DNA of 64,000 nt from Kudoa neothunni. Taxonomy: Eukaryota; Animalia; Cnidaria. The translations under genes and the position numbers were made by a program. The stretch lies in the NCBI GenBank assembly GCA_964304625.1, contig OZ199838.1, forward strand, positions 11,495,608-11,559,607, given 5' to 3'. Of the stretch, positions 26,642 through 40,526 are shown one piece after another; positions within the stretch are counted from its first letter, which is position 1, and each line of letters opens with the position of its first letter. The notes beneath the pieces are model-generated. The model made no database searches. It saw nothing but the letters and a program-made list of their open reading frames with translations, and was not told the origin of the DNA.

Positions 26642-29600
26642 ATGGAACAGGGATTGGCAGAACTTTTCAAGTGTCTCGATGACGCTGTAACAATCTTCCG
26701 GATACACACTAGACAGTAGAAATTAATTTAGAATCCAAATGATGTGTATATGTATTTGTTGGTATTGCCTCTCAATGTGAAAGTTTATGATCAAGTGTGT
26801 GCTGAGATAGAATCCTATGAGGACACCGATGTATTTAGATTTGGATTGTGTGCTGAGATTGGATTTAGAATGTCATCTGCTATACATAGAGTCAGAGTGA
26901 TCTGTTGAAAGCTTTTCTTGTTTTTTTCCAACGACATAGTGTAACCTGTTATGATCGATATTCGTTGTGTTGTATACTACCGTCATTTTTGTGGTGTCAT
27001 TATGTGAAAAGTTGTAAGAATAATTGCGAAGTAATTTTTGTTCAAGTGTATAAGCAATAATAAATAACCAATTGTTAGGTTTCCGATACAATCAATAAAA
27101 TTCTACTAACACTTCACAATACAGTAATTATTCTTGTGTCGTTGGTTGTTATGCAAATACGCTAAAATAGAAAGATTTACATGAGCATATAATAAACCTA
27201 AAAAAATTCGAATTAACTGGTAATGCCACTCGTTTCGATTACAAAGTATTAAAAATCAAATTTTATTGTGTTTTTCATTTGTAACGATGACGACATTGTA
27301 GCCGGTGGATGTGGAGCCACCAGTGTCAATGTCACACACCTCTGTTGAAATACCTAACCACGTGTCTCAGTATGAAATGACTAATCTGTGCGCTGCATCG
27401 CCGTTTGCGGATATACAAACCTACTGTGAATCATACGAGGATATGGTGTTTCCTTCGTCGGATATCCAACCACAACAGAAGTGAGTGGATATTTGTGTTG
27501 TGTGGGATTTAGGTCTTTAAAAAATCGAGGGTAAATTTCGAGGGTCGAGAAAAATTTTGTTAGGAATGAGGTTGATTATGTATTGAAATGAGGACTATTA
27601 AGGATTTCATGATTCCAACGTCTTGTGGTTGTTACTGGTTTTTACAAACATTTTGATAGATAATACATCCCAGTAAATTTATATTTAAAAAATAAGTAAT
27701 AAATGTTTATTTTTTGGTTTTACACCATTTTTATATTGTTGAGATAAAAAGTAAAAAATGCTTTTGACATATTAACATCCATAATTGATTTAACTTCAAA
27801 TGTTTAAAAATCGTGTATTTTAATTTGTGACGATTACTCTACCTTAAAATTAATTTTAATTAAAAAATAATTATTAACTATTTTTGTTTTTAGTTACCTA
27901 ATAGATATAACTAAAAATTTTCATATTTGAATTTTGGAACAACTATTGTTATAAAACTTTTTAAATCCTGAATATACTGTGCGAAAAAATTTATAAACTA
28001 AAACCCACATAAAATTACGCCATAATTAAATTGAAGCATCTTCCTTCCAATTTTGAATAGAATAAATCAGAAAATTCTGTTTTTAAAATACGAAGTCATA
28101 AAATTGAACATTTACAAACTTATTTCCAACAGATACAAATAAAAAAATTCAGTGAACAATTAACGACTTCGAATTTGTTAAAATTATAGAGAAATAATAA
28201 TTTTTTGATGTATTTATAAACAACGTAGGGATTCCGCGTGAATCCGAATGTAATCGACTTAAGATTTATTTCCAGTTTATAGGTTAATTCTTGTTGGGCT
28301 GAATTTAACTACGTAATGTAATTTTTTGTGATAAGATCAAAAATGAAAAAAACTTTTAGAAAAAAAGTGAATTAACAGACCGAATTGTAGGAAACGACTT
28401 TATTTCCAATTTTGTATGAGACACCGCCCGAAGTTCTACACAGATATTGTAGTACTGTAGTTTAGCTGATATTTTAAACGAGATAAAATAGTTTATTCCA
28501 AAAATAATGCACTGCTGAATTTTGGTAAGAAAATTTCTCCGAACATTGATTACAAAAATCCACTGTGAACCAATCACACAATCTTGTTAATACATTGACT
28601 TAATCTCTTTGAACTAGAGGATAATCCCTATACCTCGAGATTTCTATGAGCTTCTCTCTAATTTTGTCTCAACGGGAATTAGCGCGCAAAGGGTTAGATT
28701 ATTCATTATTAGTGAAAACTATGCGCATATGTTGCTAGAGGTTTAAGACACTTTTGTGGAGTTATGATTTCTGAGGATAATTAAGTTGTTAATCTGCATG
28801 CTTGGATTTTGAATATTGTTTGAAAAACTTGGAGACCTAATTCTCAAATAATGCCAAATTAGTTGAACTGCTTGCGCATTGTTCTCTCAATTATGTTTTT
28901 GCTAATTTATTTCGAGTTAAAATGTTTTTTAATTCCGATAAAAAATTTATATTAACTAAATTTGGCTGTTATAGTCGATGCTTATGAATTAAATTTCAAA
29001 CGCTGTGTACTCATACTGTGGTTGTTGTTTTAATCCCTGCATCTTTTTTATGCTTAACATGCTTAGCGGTATGTTTTTTTAACCTGCGTTTTTAATTATT
29101 TTCGATTTTCAAGAGCATAGTGACAGATTGGAAACAATATCTTCAATCAAAATTGAATTCATTTTGCTAAAATTTTTAGTTCGATGGGCAAATTTAATAA
29201 ATTACTTTAATAATGAATATAATTCGAATATTCCTTAATGAAAAATTCTGCAGCAATGTTACATCGACATTAGACGCTTACGTTAAAATATTATCAAAAT
29301 AAGTAGGGTTGCTTCTTATACTTGTGAAATGACTTGTGTGTAGTTAATTACAACTGGGAAACATAATAAATTAAAAATCTTTCAACTTTTCATATATTGA
29401 AGAAATTGAATGAAATATTTGTGTAAAAGCTATAAAATAGTAATAAAACTACAATACTTTAAAATTCGAATAATTTTAATGATAGAATAGCGGAATAGTT
29501 TTATATTAATGATCTGATATTGTATGCCAATTGAATATTTCTCTTTTTTCATTAATATTAGATTATTAATTGAAATGTCTTGAAAGTAATGTGCATGAAG

Positions 29601-30467
29601 AATGAATTTTTAAATCTTATGTGAAGATATTTAATTACTTTTCCGTTTTAATTTTAAACAGTCTAAACTTTCTCCAAAATATTTGATGATAAATAATTTT
29701 ACATCCGAAATAGTATAACTAATTGTGTTTAGCCTGTAAAACCTCTATAAATATATAAGTGACGTAATCAGATATGAATAGAACTGGGTCCCATAATGTT
29801 ATTTCTTCTGATAGCTATGGAAATTTTATTGCATAGTGCCTAAAGATTATTCTGATTTGAATCCATTTTAGATTTTTATATTATTACGGATTTATCGCTT
29901 ATATAAGATCAAATCTTTCGAGAATTACTCACGATAGCGTGCTGGTGAATATGTGCCGTGTCTGTTGCCAGTATGTTTATTCGCTGTTGAGCGATCATTA
30001 ATTGATCTCTACTTTGTTACTGTGCATTAGATTTGCAAGATGCGGATATAAACCCAGCCATTTTCCCCACTCCAATCTTCTACTTTCAAATGAGATAACT
30101 CAATTGTTGTCAACAAAAAAACTACCTCGAGCCCCAATTACCAATAGATTTATTTCCGAAGTGGCAGCGTTGCTTTTGTTTATAACGTACTGTTTTGTTT
30201 TCGGTTCACCAAAGATATTCTATTTAGCTACCGAATACCGAAAGAAACACTTCAATGTGGCGAAGATCTTAGGTCTGTATGTACTTATCGAGTGCTTCCT
30301 AAAGGCCTTCTAGTAAATCAATATTTGTTTAAGTCAAATTAGTTGATGGGTAATATTTTTATTTCTAGGCCATTGAATCATTCTTAGAATTTTACAAACA
30401 ATTTTTCAACCAAAACTTCAGCTATTCGTGGAATCCATTTTGTTTAAAGATTTCCAAAAATCCTTAA
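26642..30467 (+). CDS. Hyccin/FAM126 family protein (PI4KA complex subunit), many small exons
   Basis: Spliced segments follow the recalled hyccin order: QSDLLKAFLVFF...ILPSFLWCHY, INKILLTLHN, QQK|FLYYYGFIAYIRSNLSRITHDSVLVNMCRVCCQ|FARCGYKP, PRAPITNRFISE...YRVLPKGLL|AIESFL. Long intron 27481-29871. The first 2-3 exon boundaries are uncertain. Confidence 0.7.
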
Positions 30468-30873
30468 AATTAACTTTATCTAAATAAACATTAATGTAGG
30501 AATTTTATGAAACTTTGTTATCTCATATATATTTTATTAATATCTTTATTATTTGTTCTGTCATTGTAAGATGAATTATTCTTGCAAAATAAATATTATT
30601 TATGAATTTGTTAATTCATTTTTTCATTAAATTTTTGAAAACATTTTATTCAACAAAAGAGTTGCTGTTTGTTTAGGTTGAGAATTAAAATGTGTTAATT
30701 CTGAATAAATATTTAACCAAATTCATAAAAAAACAATTTATAAATATAACAAACTATACCATTCAACTAAAGTACTATGATTATTTGATAAATATTTAAT
30801 GCGAATTTATCATTCTATTTATTATACTTCCACTTTAATCATTAAAAAATCGGTCAATAATTATCTGCTAATA

Positions 30874-31369
30874 CAGTCAGTAACCGGTTCTACGCACTTT
30901 TCCACGCACACATTACAGAAAATTATTCAATTATTTATTAATTAGCATAATTAAAATGCGCAAATATTGGTAAAAACGATAAATCATTTTTAAATGAAAC
31001 CACATTCGTTAACTAGAGTTGAGTAATCCCTTCAGGATCGCGAAAATATGTGTGTGAAATTGGTAACGTTCAGTTTTACACATTTGCTCGCGCGCGCATA
31101 TAAAATATACGTACCTATTTAATATAATTGAATTGCATACATTTAAGAAACAAATAATTTTTCTCATTTATAAATAAAATAATTAGTTTTTTTTGTCAAC
31201 AAAATTCCTCAAAATATTTGAATTATAGTTTTCACCATTGCGATCATGATCGATCGATCTTTTTTTTCAAACATGGATAGTTTTTAAACTCATTTTAATA
31301 AATTCGCAACTGAAGACAATAATCGATCTGTGTTTCTTTTTAAAAAGTGCGTAAACCGGTCACTGACTG
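30874..31369. mobile_element. Tc1/mariner-type MITE (~500 bp)
   Basis: TIR CAGTCAGTAACCGGTTCTACGCACTTTT matched by AAAAGTGCGTAAACCGGTCACTGACTG, with TA on both sides. Confidence 0.85.
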
Positions 31370-33597
31370 TAAAACAGAAGTAAATGCAATATTAATCCAC
31401 CTCCAAAAGGACATTTATTAGCGAGATGTAATTTTGAATGGGAAATGAATAACACAGGAAAAATAATTTTTGTTAATAATATGGTATACTCAAGCATATT
31501 GTGATAGATTATGAAATACGAATAATTAGTGAATGGGCACCTGTATCTTTATCTTTGGTTGTCAGCCTGCACGATCTAAACTGTAAAGTTTGTATAATCA
31601 GTTAGCCCATCTAAAGTGTTAATCATAGCCTATTTTCATTATTTAAATAATGTTAGATTTTAATTAGAAAATTATATTTTACCAAACAGAATTTAGAATA
31701 ATAAATCTAATTTCAGTTAATAAATAAATACAGCATCAAAGCTTACCTAAATAAATAAAAACTACCAAAATTTATTTGACATATATATATATATTTAAAA
31801 ATTTCGCAGGTTAACCTTATAATATTCATGTGTTGGGATCGTTTATAAAAACAATAAAGTCAGGAACATCGATATTATATATTATACATCATAAATTATT
31901 TATAATTTATATCATGGTCGGCGTGTTTTAAAACTTCGAATTATTCATAGACCTCATTCAACGGACTTGTTGCTCTATATTTAATGATTATAAATTAAGA
32001 TATGTTCTCTTGTGTTTTAGAACGGTTTTATACAAATTAGGCTCATTTTACATGGTCTATTACCCGAAAGGTGATTTTGTATTAAACGTGATATTGATGT
32101 ATCTAAATAAATACAAATTTCAATTTCTTTGTATTATTTCCTAAAGTAAATATCTTTTCAGACAATTATTAAACTGATATAGAAATTTATATGATTACAA
32201 AGAAAATTAATTCCTTTTTAATTCCAACGGAAAACCCCCCAAATTATACGGTGTATAATTTGACAAAAATATTTTAAGCATATGAATTTGATTAGAAATA
32301 GTATATCTAAATTATATGCTTAAAATGTTATTTCTTAAAAATTAATTCCATGAAAGAAACATAAGACAAATTTTAATATATCTAAAACGACATGGAAACG
32401 TACAGTGAGTTAATATAGTTGATAAATGTACAATAAAGAGGAGAATGATGTAAAAAAAATTTAATCCCCCAAAAAATATAAATTCCTAAGTGAATCTATT
32501 AAGGTATTATATTGAACGAATTTATTAGCATTTATATATCAACTATGTATATAATGTCACTGCCAAATAAAAACTTCTTAAGACAATGAGAAGGAAGGAT
32601 CAAGATTTTTCGCATATCGTTGGATTTAATGTTGTGACCTGTCATATTAGATTCTTCTGCTTATTTCATTAATACGAGAAACGCCAGTAAGTTGCAGAAC
32701 TTCACTTTTCAGTGTCATAATTTTATACGCGATAATCGTCGTGTGAATTGATCACTATTGTTCATGAGCTTATAAATATAAGCTTAAAAATGACTTAGTT
32801 TCAAATACAAATATCCAAAGATAGTTTATTGTCAAAATATGACGTAACTATTAATTAGTCTAAAAAGAGATGAAGAAGAGTTGTAACATTTTCCACGAGA
32901 ACACACCCAGAATAATGTTATTAAGCATTGTTTCATTAGCGATAAAGCCCTTATTTGAAAATGTTTAATGACACTAGACACTCTTATAATTCTAGTTAAA
33001 AGCTCCTAATTTGTTAGGTCATCTTGTAAGTTTAGCACTGATAAAAATGTGAAATAATTTGTTCGCTAATTATGGTCCGTTTCTATTCCAACATTTCTAA
33101 TTTTATTTCAAATTAAATCTTATTCATTACGATGAGTTGTTTTTCGTAAATATTGCATGTGTCTGGTCATATGGCTCTATAGATAACCCCAAAACAAAAA
33201 AATCTAAATAAATTCAAGGCTAATATCTCAAATTTCTCAAAAGACAGCCAATACGGCACAATTATTAATTATTAGAAATAAATTGTTGACGAAATATTCC
33301 TTAAACCGATGAATAAGGCAAAATCTTGTCGACACAAAATTTTCATAATCATCTTATTTAAAGTATAAGCATACAACCCCAACAGTGAGATTATTTCGTC
33401 GTCAAGTAAATGTCACTTAATGGCTATAGTCTAAATATATCCACATAGTTACTTATAGCACGACGACAGACATAAAAATGACATTTAAAACATTAAACTA
33501 CTACAAATTATAATTTTATCTAATTAATCTGTTTATCATTAGTAGTAGCATCAATGGAAAATGGTCAATTAACTCGGATTTTGCATAGGCGAGTGAA

Positions 33598-34858
33598 TCA
33601 AACATGTTTGAGATTTTTCTTGTCGAATTGTTTCACCTCGGCTCTAGTATTGACTTTTTCTTCCTTTATTTCTACATTAGAGATAGAGACTGATCGGTTG
33701 ACAGAGTAAATTACGTTCACTTGTTGGCAGATGATCTTTTACCACTGATTCAACGTGGGTTAATGAATTTCTTACCACACCCAACAAAGCATTAAGCTCT
33801 TCCCTACTAGGTAGATAGTCAGGCAACAATTCCGATCTTAAAACAGAAAGATCTGGCAGAGTGTTCTTCTCGACCGTTTCAACATGATTGAGTGATTTTT
33901 TGGAGAAATCTTCTATTTTGTGGGTTAACGACTCCTTCTCTTCTTTGATCTGTTCAGCCGTTGGTAAACTACTACGAACGGACGTCTTAACATGTTTCAG
34001 CTTGTTCTCAATAAATGATTCCAACGCAGCTATATCAGGTTTAGAGGGTAGTTTGTCGGGGATGAGTTCGGCAAATAGGTTGTGCTCTGTTGGTAAAGGA
34101 TTTTTCTCGACAGTTTCCACATGACTAAGACGATCTTTATTAAATTTTGTTACTTCGCTCAATGTATTTGTAGCTTCTTCTTTAAGCGCTACATTTCAAT
34201 TTAATCAATTTTCACACTCAACTAAAAACTAGACCACACTAACCATTTTTATCTGGTAGTCGATTTTTCACTTCAGTTTCTACATGATGCAAATATGAAC
34301 GAACAAATGTTTTCAGTTGTTCTATTTCAGATTTGGTTGGCAACACGTCAGGAGCTAGTTCCTCTCTCAATACATTTGATGTTGGTAATGGATTCTTTTC
34401 CTCTACTTCAACATGTTTAAGTTTTGATTTATCAAAATCTTTGACGAAAGCTCTTGAATCACTTTTTTCGTCGTCAATCTCTATATTTATATGGTAAACA
34501 ATGGACGAAAAATGCGAAAGCAGTTAAGTGCAACACCAGTTGAATAGAATACCTTGTTTTGTTGGAAGATGGTCTTTCACACTAACTTCCACATGCGATA
34601 GCTTATTTTTGACAAATTTTTTTATCTCCTCTAACTCTTTTCTTACTTGGACGTTGTCTGGCAGCATCTCTTCGTATAATGTTTGTACAGTTGGTAAAGT
34701 GTTCTTCTCGTGCGTAACAGTCTTCTTGAGCGATGAGCTTCTTCGAAAATGGGATATATCTATGTGAGGCAAGCAGTTTAAAGAATGCGGTAAGGGCCTT
34801 ATAGAATTAACAACAACTTAAAAATACCTTTTAGCATTTCATCCCTGGGCTCCGACAT
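33598..34858 (-). CDS. Multi-repeat beta-thymosin/WH2 protein with pedin-like spacers (thypedin-like), 340 aa
   Basis: Exons 34828-34858, 34553-34759, 34244-34480, 33715-34188, 33598-33671 (1023 nt, all introns phase 1). Nine F-x3-5-L-x-(H/K)-(V/T) thymosin repeats (e.g. FDKSKLKHVEVEEKNPLPT) and four E-(L/M)-x-P-D-x-(LP) spacers. Confidence 0.88.
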
Positions 34859-36865
34859 TGCTTTTAATTACAATAACTACACCCAACGATTATCACTAGT
34901 GATTATAATGCAAATAGGATCAATGATATTTTACATTTGTTGATTGAACCTGATATTGGGTTAAACAATTCAAAGGATGGTGTTATTTAATCGAACCAAC
35001 AGGACTTATTATACCAATCGGCTTGAGTTGGTTATTACGATTTGTCGTTGTTGAACTCCTTTATCATTATCCAAATTATCAAGCGTATTCCTAATCTACA
35101 CAACCAATTCTCTTTGCTGCCCTTATTTATGGGATTATATTATTTTCAAATATTGACAATATCCCTATTCTAACATAGAACACTCAAACAAACATTGATT
35201 CATGCGAAATAAATTGGATTTATCTTAAATCCATTATCGTGCCTATGCGGGTGATGCAATGCAAATAATGACTAACACCTACATGGAACAAATCCTATGA
35301 CTTATCTCTCTGATGGTTTGGTTTTTTCTAACCACATCATTCACAGAAACTGCGTCAATCGGTGAAAAGAACCCCCGCTATTTAGCTGATGTGTTTCTAA
35401 TGCTAGCAATGTTTAGGTATTAATTAATGTACAATTATCCATTAGTTGTAACGATATAATAATTGTAGATAGTCTTCAGATAAACCTTTACTATGACACC
35501 CCTATTAAGGGCAACGCAATAGAAATTCAAACCATTAAATATTGCGATTTAATATATACTTTGTCAGAAGCATAAAGTCACCGAACGAAAATTATTTCCG
35601 TTGATATAAATTTCGGTTCATAAATCATTTTTTCGAAAATCACTATTAACTACTAAGAGCAATTTTAGTTAATAATCCATTATTATAATCTCAGCCGAAT
35701 CCTTATCACCTTATCTAATGCCCTGAATCTTTTTGTCTAAGATTATTCGAAAAGTTGTATTTTCAATAAATTCTTTCAAGACTCCATGTATGCTAAAGCT
35801 GTCTCTGCAGCACTCAGTATGTGAGGTGGTCCGATAGGTTCCACTTTCTAACATTTTTAATATTATTTGAATTTATTCGATAGCGCACAATTCAATTATA
35901 TAAAACTATTAAATTAAGTTGTAAATCCAAAAACAGTCAATCACTAAAATTGGTCGTAGATTACCGAACAACTTTGTTATTACAATGATTTATTATGGAT
36001 TGTGCGCAATACGCATTTTTCATAACATTGAGATAAAGTCTATAATTTTATTGCAAACAATTATTTGTTTATGATATTAGAAACAAAATAATATTATACA
36101 CATTATGCTAAAATTTAGATTTTTGAAACTTATTCCATCAGCTGATTTTTTAATACTTTGTATAATGCGTAATTATGGACTCTGCGTCGTCAAGCAATGG
36201 AAAAATATGATTAACACTCGGTGAAAAAGTTGTGATAATAGAATTATATGAGAAATTAGTCAACTAATCAAACACAAAATAAAAAGCAATGAAACATTTT
36301 AATAAAAATCAAGATCCTCTCTCGATTTTATATAAAATACCAAAAAATCATATAATTAAATTATATAATGAAAATCCTTTTTTTAAATTAAGATAAATAC
36401 AATTAGAGGTATATACACAAAGTTAATGAAAACAATATAGAATGGATCGAGTCGATGCCATAATTAATGTATAATATTTTTAAATGATAAAAACTTCATC
36501 ATCTTGACTTATGAGGAACTTAACAATGAGTTTTATGACTTGATATTGGAAACCCACCCTACAAGGTATATTTAAGCAATGGAACTCATGCAATATTTTG
36601 AACTGAAATCATATTTTTTATTTTAACTATGTTTTTGCTATAAATAAGAATAAAATTGACATGAGAAATCAAAGAAACTTATAAACGTCTGTCATATACT
36701 TTATGTTGGGGAAAGCATGAACCACTTGTCAAGGATATGTTTGGTGAATCTAGAAGTTTGGGTGAAATTCAGAAATCACCCTTTTAATACAATTTTTAAT
36801 TTAGCATTTGTATGCCTGTAAAAATATTCACAAAATATCTTATAAAATTGAATAAAAAATTTATA

Positions 36866-38744
36866 CAGTAGTGCAGGGATACTACGCATTTTATTGGGAC
36901 AAACCTTTTAGGTGAGTAATGTCTATTATAGCGCGCGTTCGTATTTTTCATTTGAAAATTAAATTTTCTTTCTTATATTAATAATAACCTCTAAATATTC
37001 AAACAAAGTTAAATGTTAAATAAAAAACAACAAATATCAAGTAATTACATTATAATTATTCGAAAATATGTAGATTTTTTTAAAAGCCAGCTATTTTATT
37101 ATTTTACGAACCATGTCTTATTTTACAGACAGAAAAGTTCAATTTTGCTTTATTTTCTAACACAGGTAAGTCATGAGCAAAAACATTTTCTCTTAATTTA
37201 TTTAAATTTTCAATGACTTCAGTATCTATTGAGTTAACATATTTATCCTCTGAATCTTTAAATTACGTAATTTCTTCTATATTAACCCGACCTTCAGTGT
37301 GATTTCTCTAGGATTTACTTCCAATCGAAAGAATAATGCCTCCTGATCCACAACTATTAACAAGAACGATTTTTTAAAACAGTTTTTGATCATTTCTTCA
37401 TTCATTACTTTCTACACTTCTTTCATCGTGTACATATCATCAAGTAACTCTGGTGGATCGTTATTTAAATTGTTATCAAAAATACTAATGGAATAACAGT
37501 AACTTTATTTATCAAATAATTCGGCAGATGATTTTTTTAAATGTACTAAAAACCGTTAATAATTCCTTGATGTGATATTTGCATTAAGCTGGTTATTTCT
37601 TGAGGGAGAAAACAATGTTGAATATTTGAAAAATTTTGCGTAGGATGAGCTGGGGAATTTTTACCAAATCGTATGATTCTTCTCTTACATTGAGAAGTTT
37701 CAGCTTCTATACCATCATATATTTTGAAAAATGAGGTCTTCCTATTAGTTTAATAGGGAAGTGGGAGGTCATTTATTTTACGGAAGCACCAAGGTTTTTC
37801 ACGATTGCGAATTATTAATAAGAGTCTTTATCTGGCGTCGAGTAAATCGCAACAATTGTTATTCCTCTTTGGATTTTTTAGAACCGTGCAAGTTTTCCTC
37901 CATTTCAAATACATAACCATACATTAAATTTTACACAGAGATGTAAATTTAAATGATATTTTACCTTTTTTGTTGGGAAAATAATCCAGTTTCATCAAAA
38001 TAAAAAATATCTTTTTGATCATAATTTCCGATAAACTGTAACAGTTGATCTTTCCAGGAGGAAATTATTTCAGAAACAACATTCTTGGATTCATCAATGA
38101 ATTTGTTATTTTCAATCCAACTCTCGATGAAAATCCTTAAAACTAACCTCTGTCAACCTTAGCAATTGTGTATTAACTTCATATGCATAATCGTAGACTT
38201 TTTTTAATGATATCGTCCTGAGAGAGTTCGATATTACGTGATCTCATTAGTTCAATCCACTCTTTAACCTTAGAATCTAAAATATTGAAATTATCTTTCC
38301 TTAAGATATCCCTTCTGTGATATAGGTCAGAGAGGTAATAATCTTCCAGAATACTGTTCTTTTTTAATATTATGCTGTTTAACGAAGATTTCAATTTTAA
38401 TTCAAATGTCTCAACGGATTTAGCTTTTGAGTCACTGAATTTTTTTATATCATCATAATAGTATATTATTTTAACTTTTTCATCTAACTATCGACTCTTT
38501 CCCGGACTTCTTAACTGCGTACTAAACATGTCGTTGGATCTAATTGGAGGATTTTTAGTGCGCAGTAAGCATGTAGCCAAATTTTCTCTGACTCTGAGCC
38601 ATATTTTCAAAAATAATTTCGCTTTATTAAACATTTTTAAGTGTTTATTATTATAAATAACATAATTGTGTATTTTTGTTAGGAAACATTGTTGACATAT
38701 AAAATACGTGGCACTCTATGATACGTAATAATCCTGCACTACTG
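36866..38744 (-). mobile_element. Tigger/pogo (CENP-B-like) DNA transposon, decayed
   Basis: TIRs CAGTAGTGCAGG(G)AT with TA TSDs. Minus-strand HTH fragment LDSKVKEWIELMRSRNIELSQDDIIKKSL and DDE fragment IFYFDETGLF. Confidence 0.85.
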
Positions 38745-40526
38745 TATTATCAAAATGTATTATATTTCTACTTCTTAGTAATTACCCAGCCCATCAAAGT
38801 CTAAACTTTAAAAATATATAGTATTTTTTGCCAAATATTTATTTTAAAATATGAAATACTATAACAGTGACAACTATGATGATCTTTCTCCGAGTGCTCC
38901 AAATGCATTTCGATTTGCTCATCGTCCTTCCAGTAAGTAAGATGCTGTGTTTCTTCTTTCACTTATTTTGAATGATGGTCGTGGATGTAGACGGATTATA
39001 AAAACAGGACCATCAAATGAAAAATTACATTTATTTTTTAGGATAATGTTTATTAATTATAGATAAGAGAATTCATAAACATGCCCAGACAGAACACAAA
39101 CTTAATCTAAGAATGATAATCACTTCTCAATATTAAGTGATAACAAAAAATATAACAAATTTTTTTAAAAATAAAAATCCCTAAATTTGCATATCTAATT
39201 ATAAACGTGTTTCAGTGCCCCATTTAAATTTGGAGATAATCACATGTTCCCAAATAAACTAAAAATCATTTAATGGATAAACTTATTAATGAAAATGAAA
39301 TATATATTATTTAACAATGATTCTGGAAGAATTATTTTCAAAAAAAATTTCTTGGAACTCGGATGACAATCATAATTATTGTCAATTCTATCAAAATGTT
39401 CATTATGTAATTTATCTTAAACAAGCCAAATATTCTTTCCAAGAAAAAACCGTCTAATATGGAAATTGACGAAATAATTGAAAATGAAGATTTGTTAATT
39501 TTAAATAAACAGAGAAAACCTAATTCACCTATTAAATCCCAAAAGAATGATAACGGAAAATCTTGGAATTACTCAGATGGAAGATACAGAATATTTAATC
39601 AATTACCAAGTATTATTTAGGAGAATGTGATATTGGATTATTTCTCAAGCGTAAGAAAATATTAAGAATAAGATCTAAGAAACTATGCAAAATAACCAAA
39701 TTTGAATTTTTCAACACATAAAATTAGAATTATAAATATGTAATGATAATCACTTTTAAAATTTATAAAATTTCTCTCTTAAAAGTTATTTTAAGATTTA
39801 GAAAAACATTGTTTTTTAACTGTAGCGCTTTTGCCAATTATAGAATATTGAGTATGGCAACAAGTTGCCAATGAAACATATAAGTCAGCATAAAATATAT
39901 TAAGGAAGAAGCTGAGTTCAAATTAATTCATTTTATACGATAAATCAATTTATTACACTTTATCAAATTTTTTTCTTGAAAAGAATGATTTCTAATATTA
40001 GAATATAGTTTCTTTGTGTATTGTTTGATTGAATAATTCTAATATTACCAGGGCAGAAATGGTTATGTATCACTAAAAACTACAATAAATATAAATTAGA
40101 TGTTATGTAGAAGATATTTTCATGTCACTACATCCTGAAGTAACAATACATAGTTTTGGAGATGTTAGCAAATAAAACGTCATAACGAGCTATATACATC
40201 TTTATTACCCGACATCTCTAGAATTGTTGGTGTTGTTGAAAATAAGCATACTGTTGAGAATAATTCAATAAAAAATCACCCCCCCCCCCCCAAATAATAA
40301 TGTTCGTCTTCTTTCTGAATCTGCGGTTTACTCCACTAATAAGGTTTATGGTTAATGCATAAGTGCGAACCCAAAAAAAGACCATGCAACTATTTCAAGA
40401 TAATTATATAAAATCATACAAAATTCCTGGAAGAGAATGATTATAACATTAAATTTATTTAGATGTGGTGTTAACACTTTAAGGTTAAGGTTGAATAATG
40501 TTGTTATTACGTTAATGGATCCTTAA

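Noticed and set aside
38880-39020. Possible PIF/Harbinger nuclease fragment on the minus strand (NAFGAL)
   Set aside because: Too short and degenerate to support.
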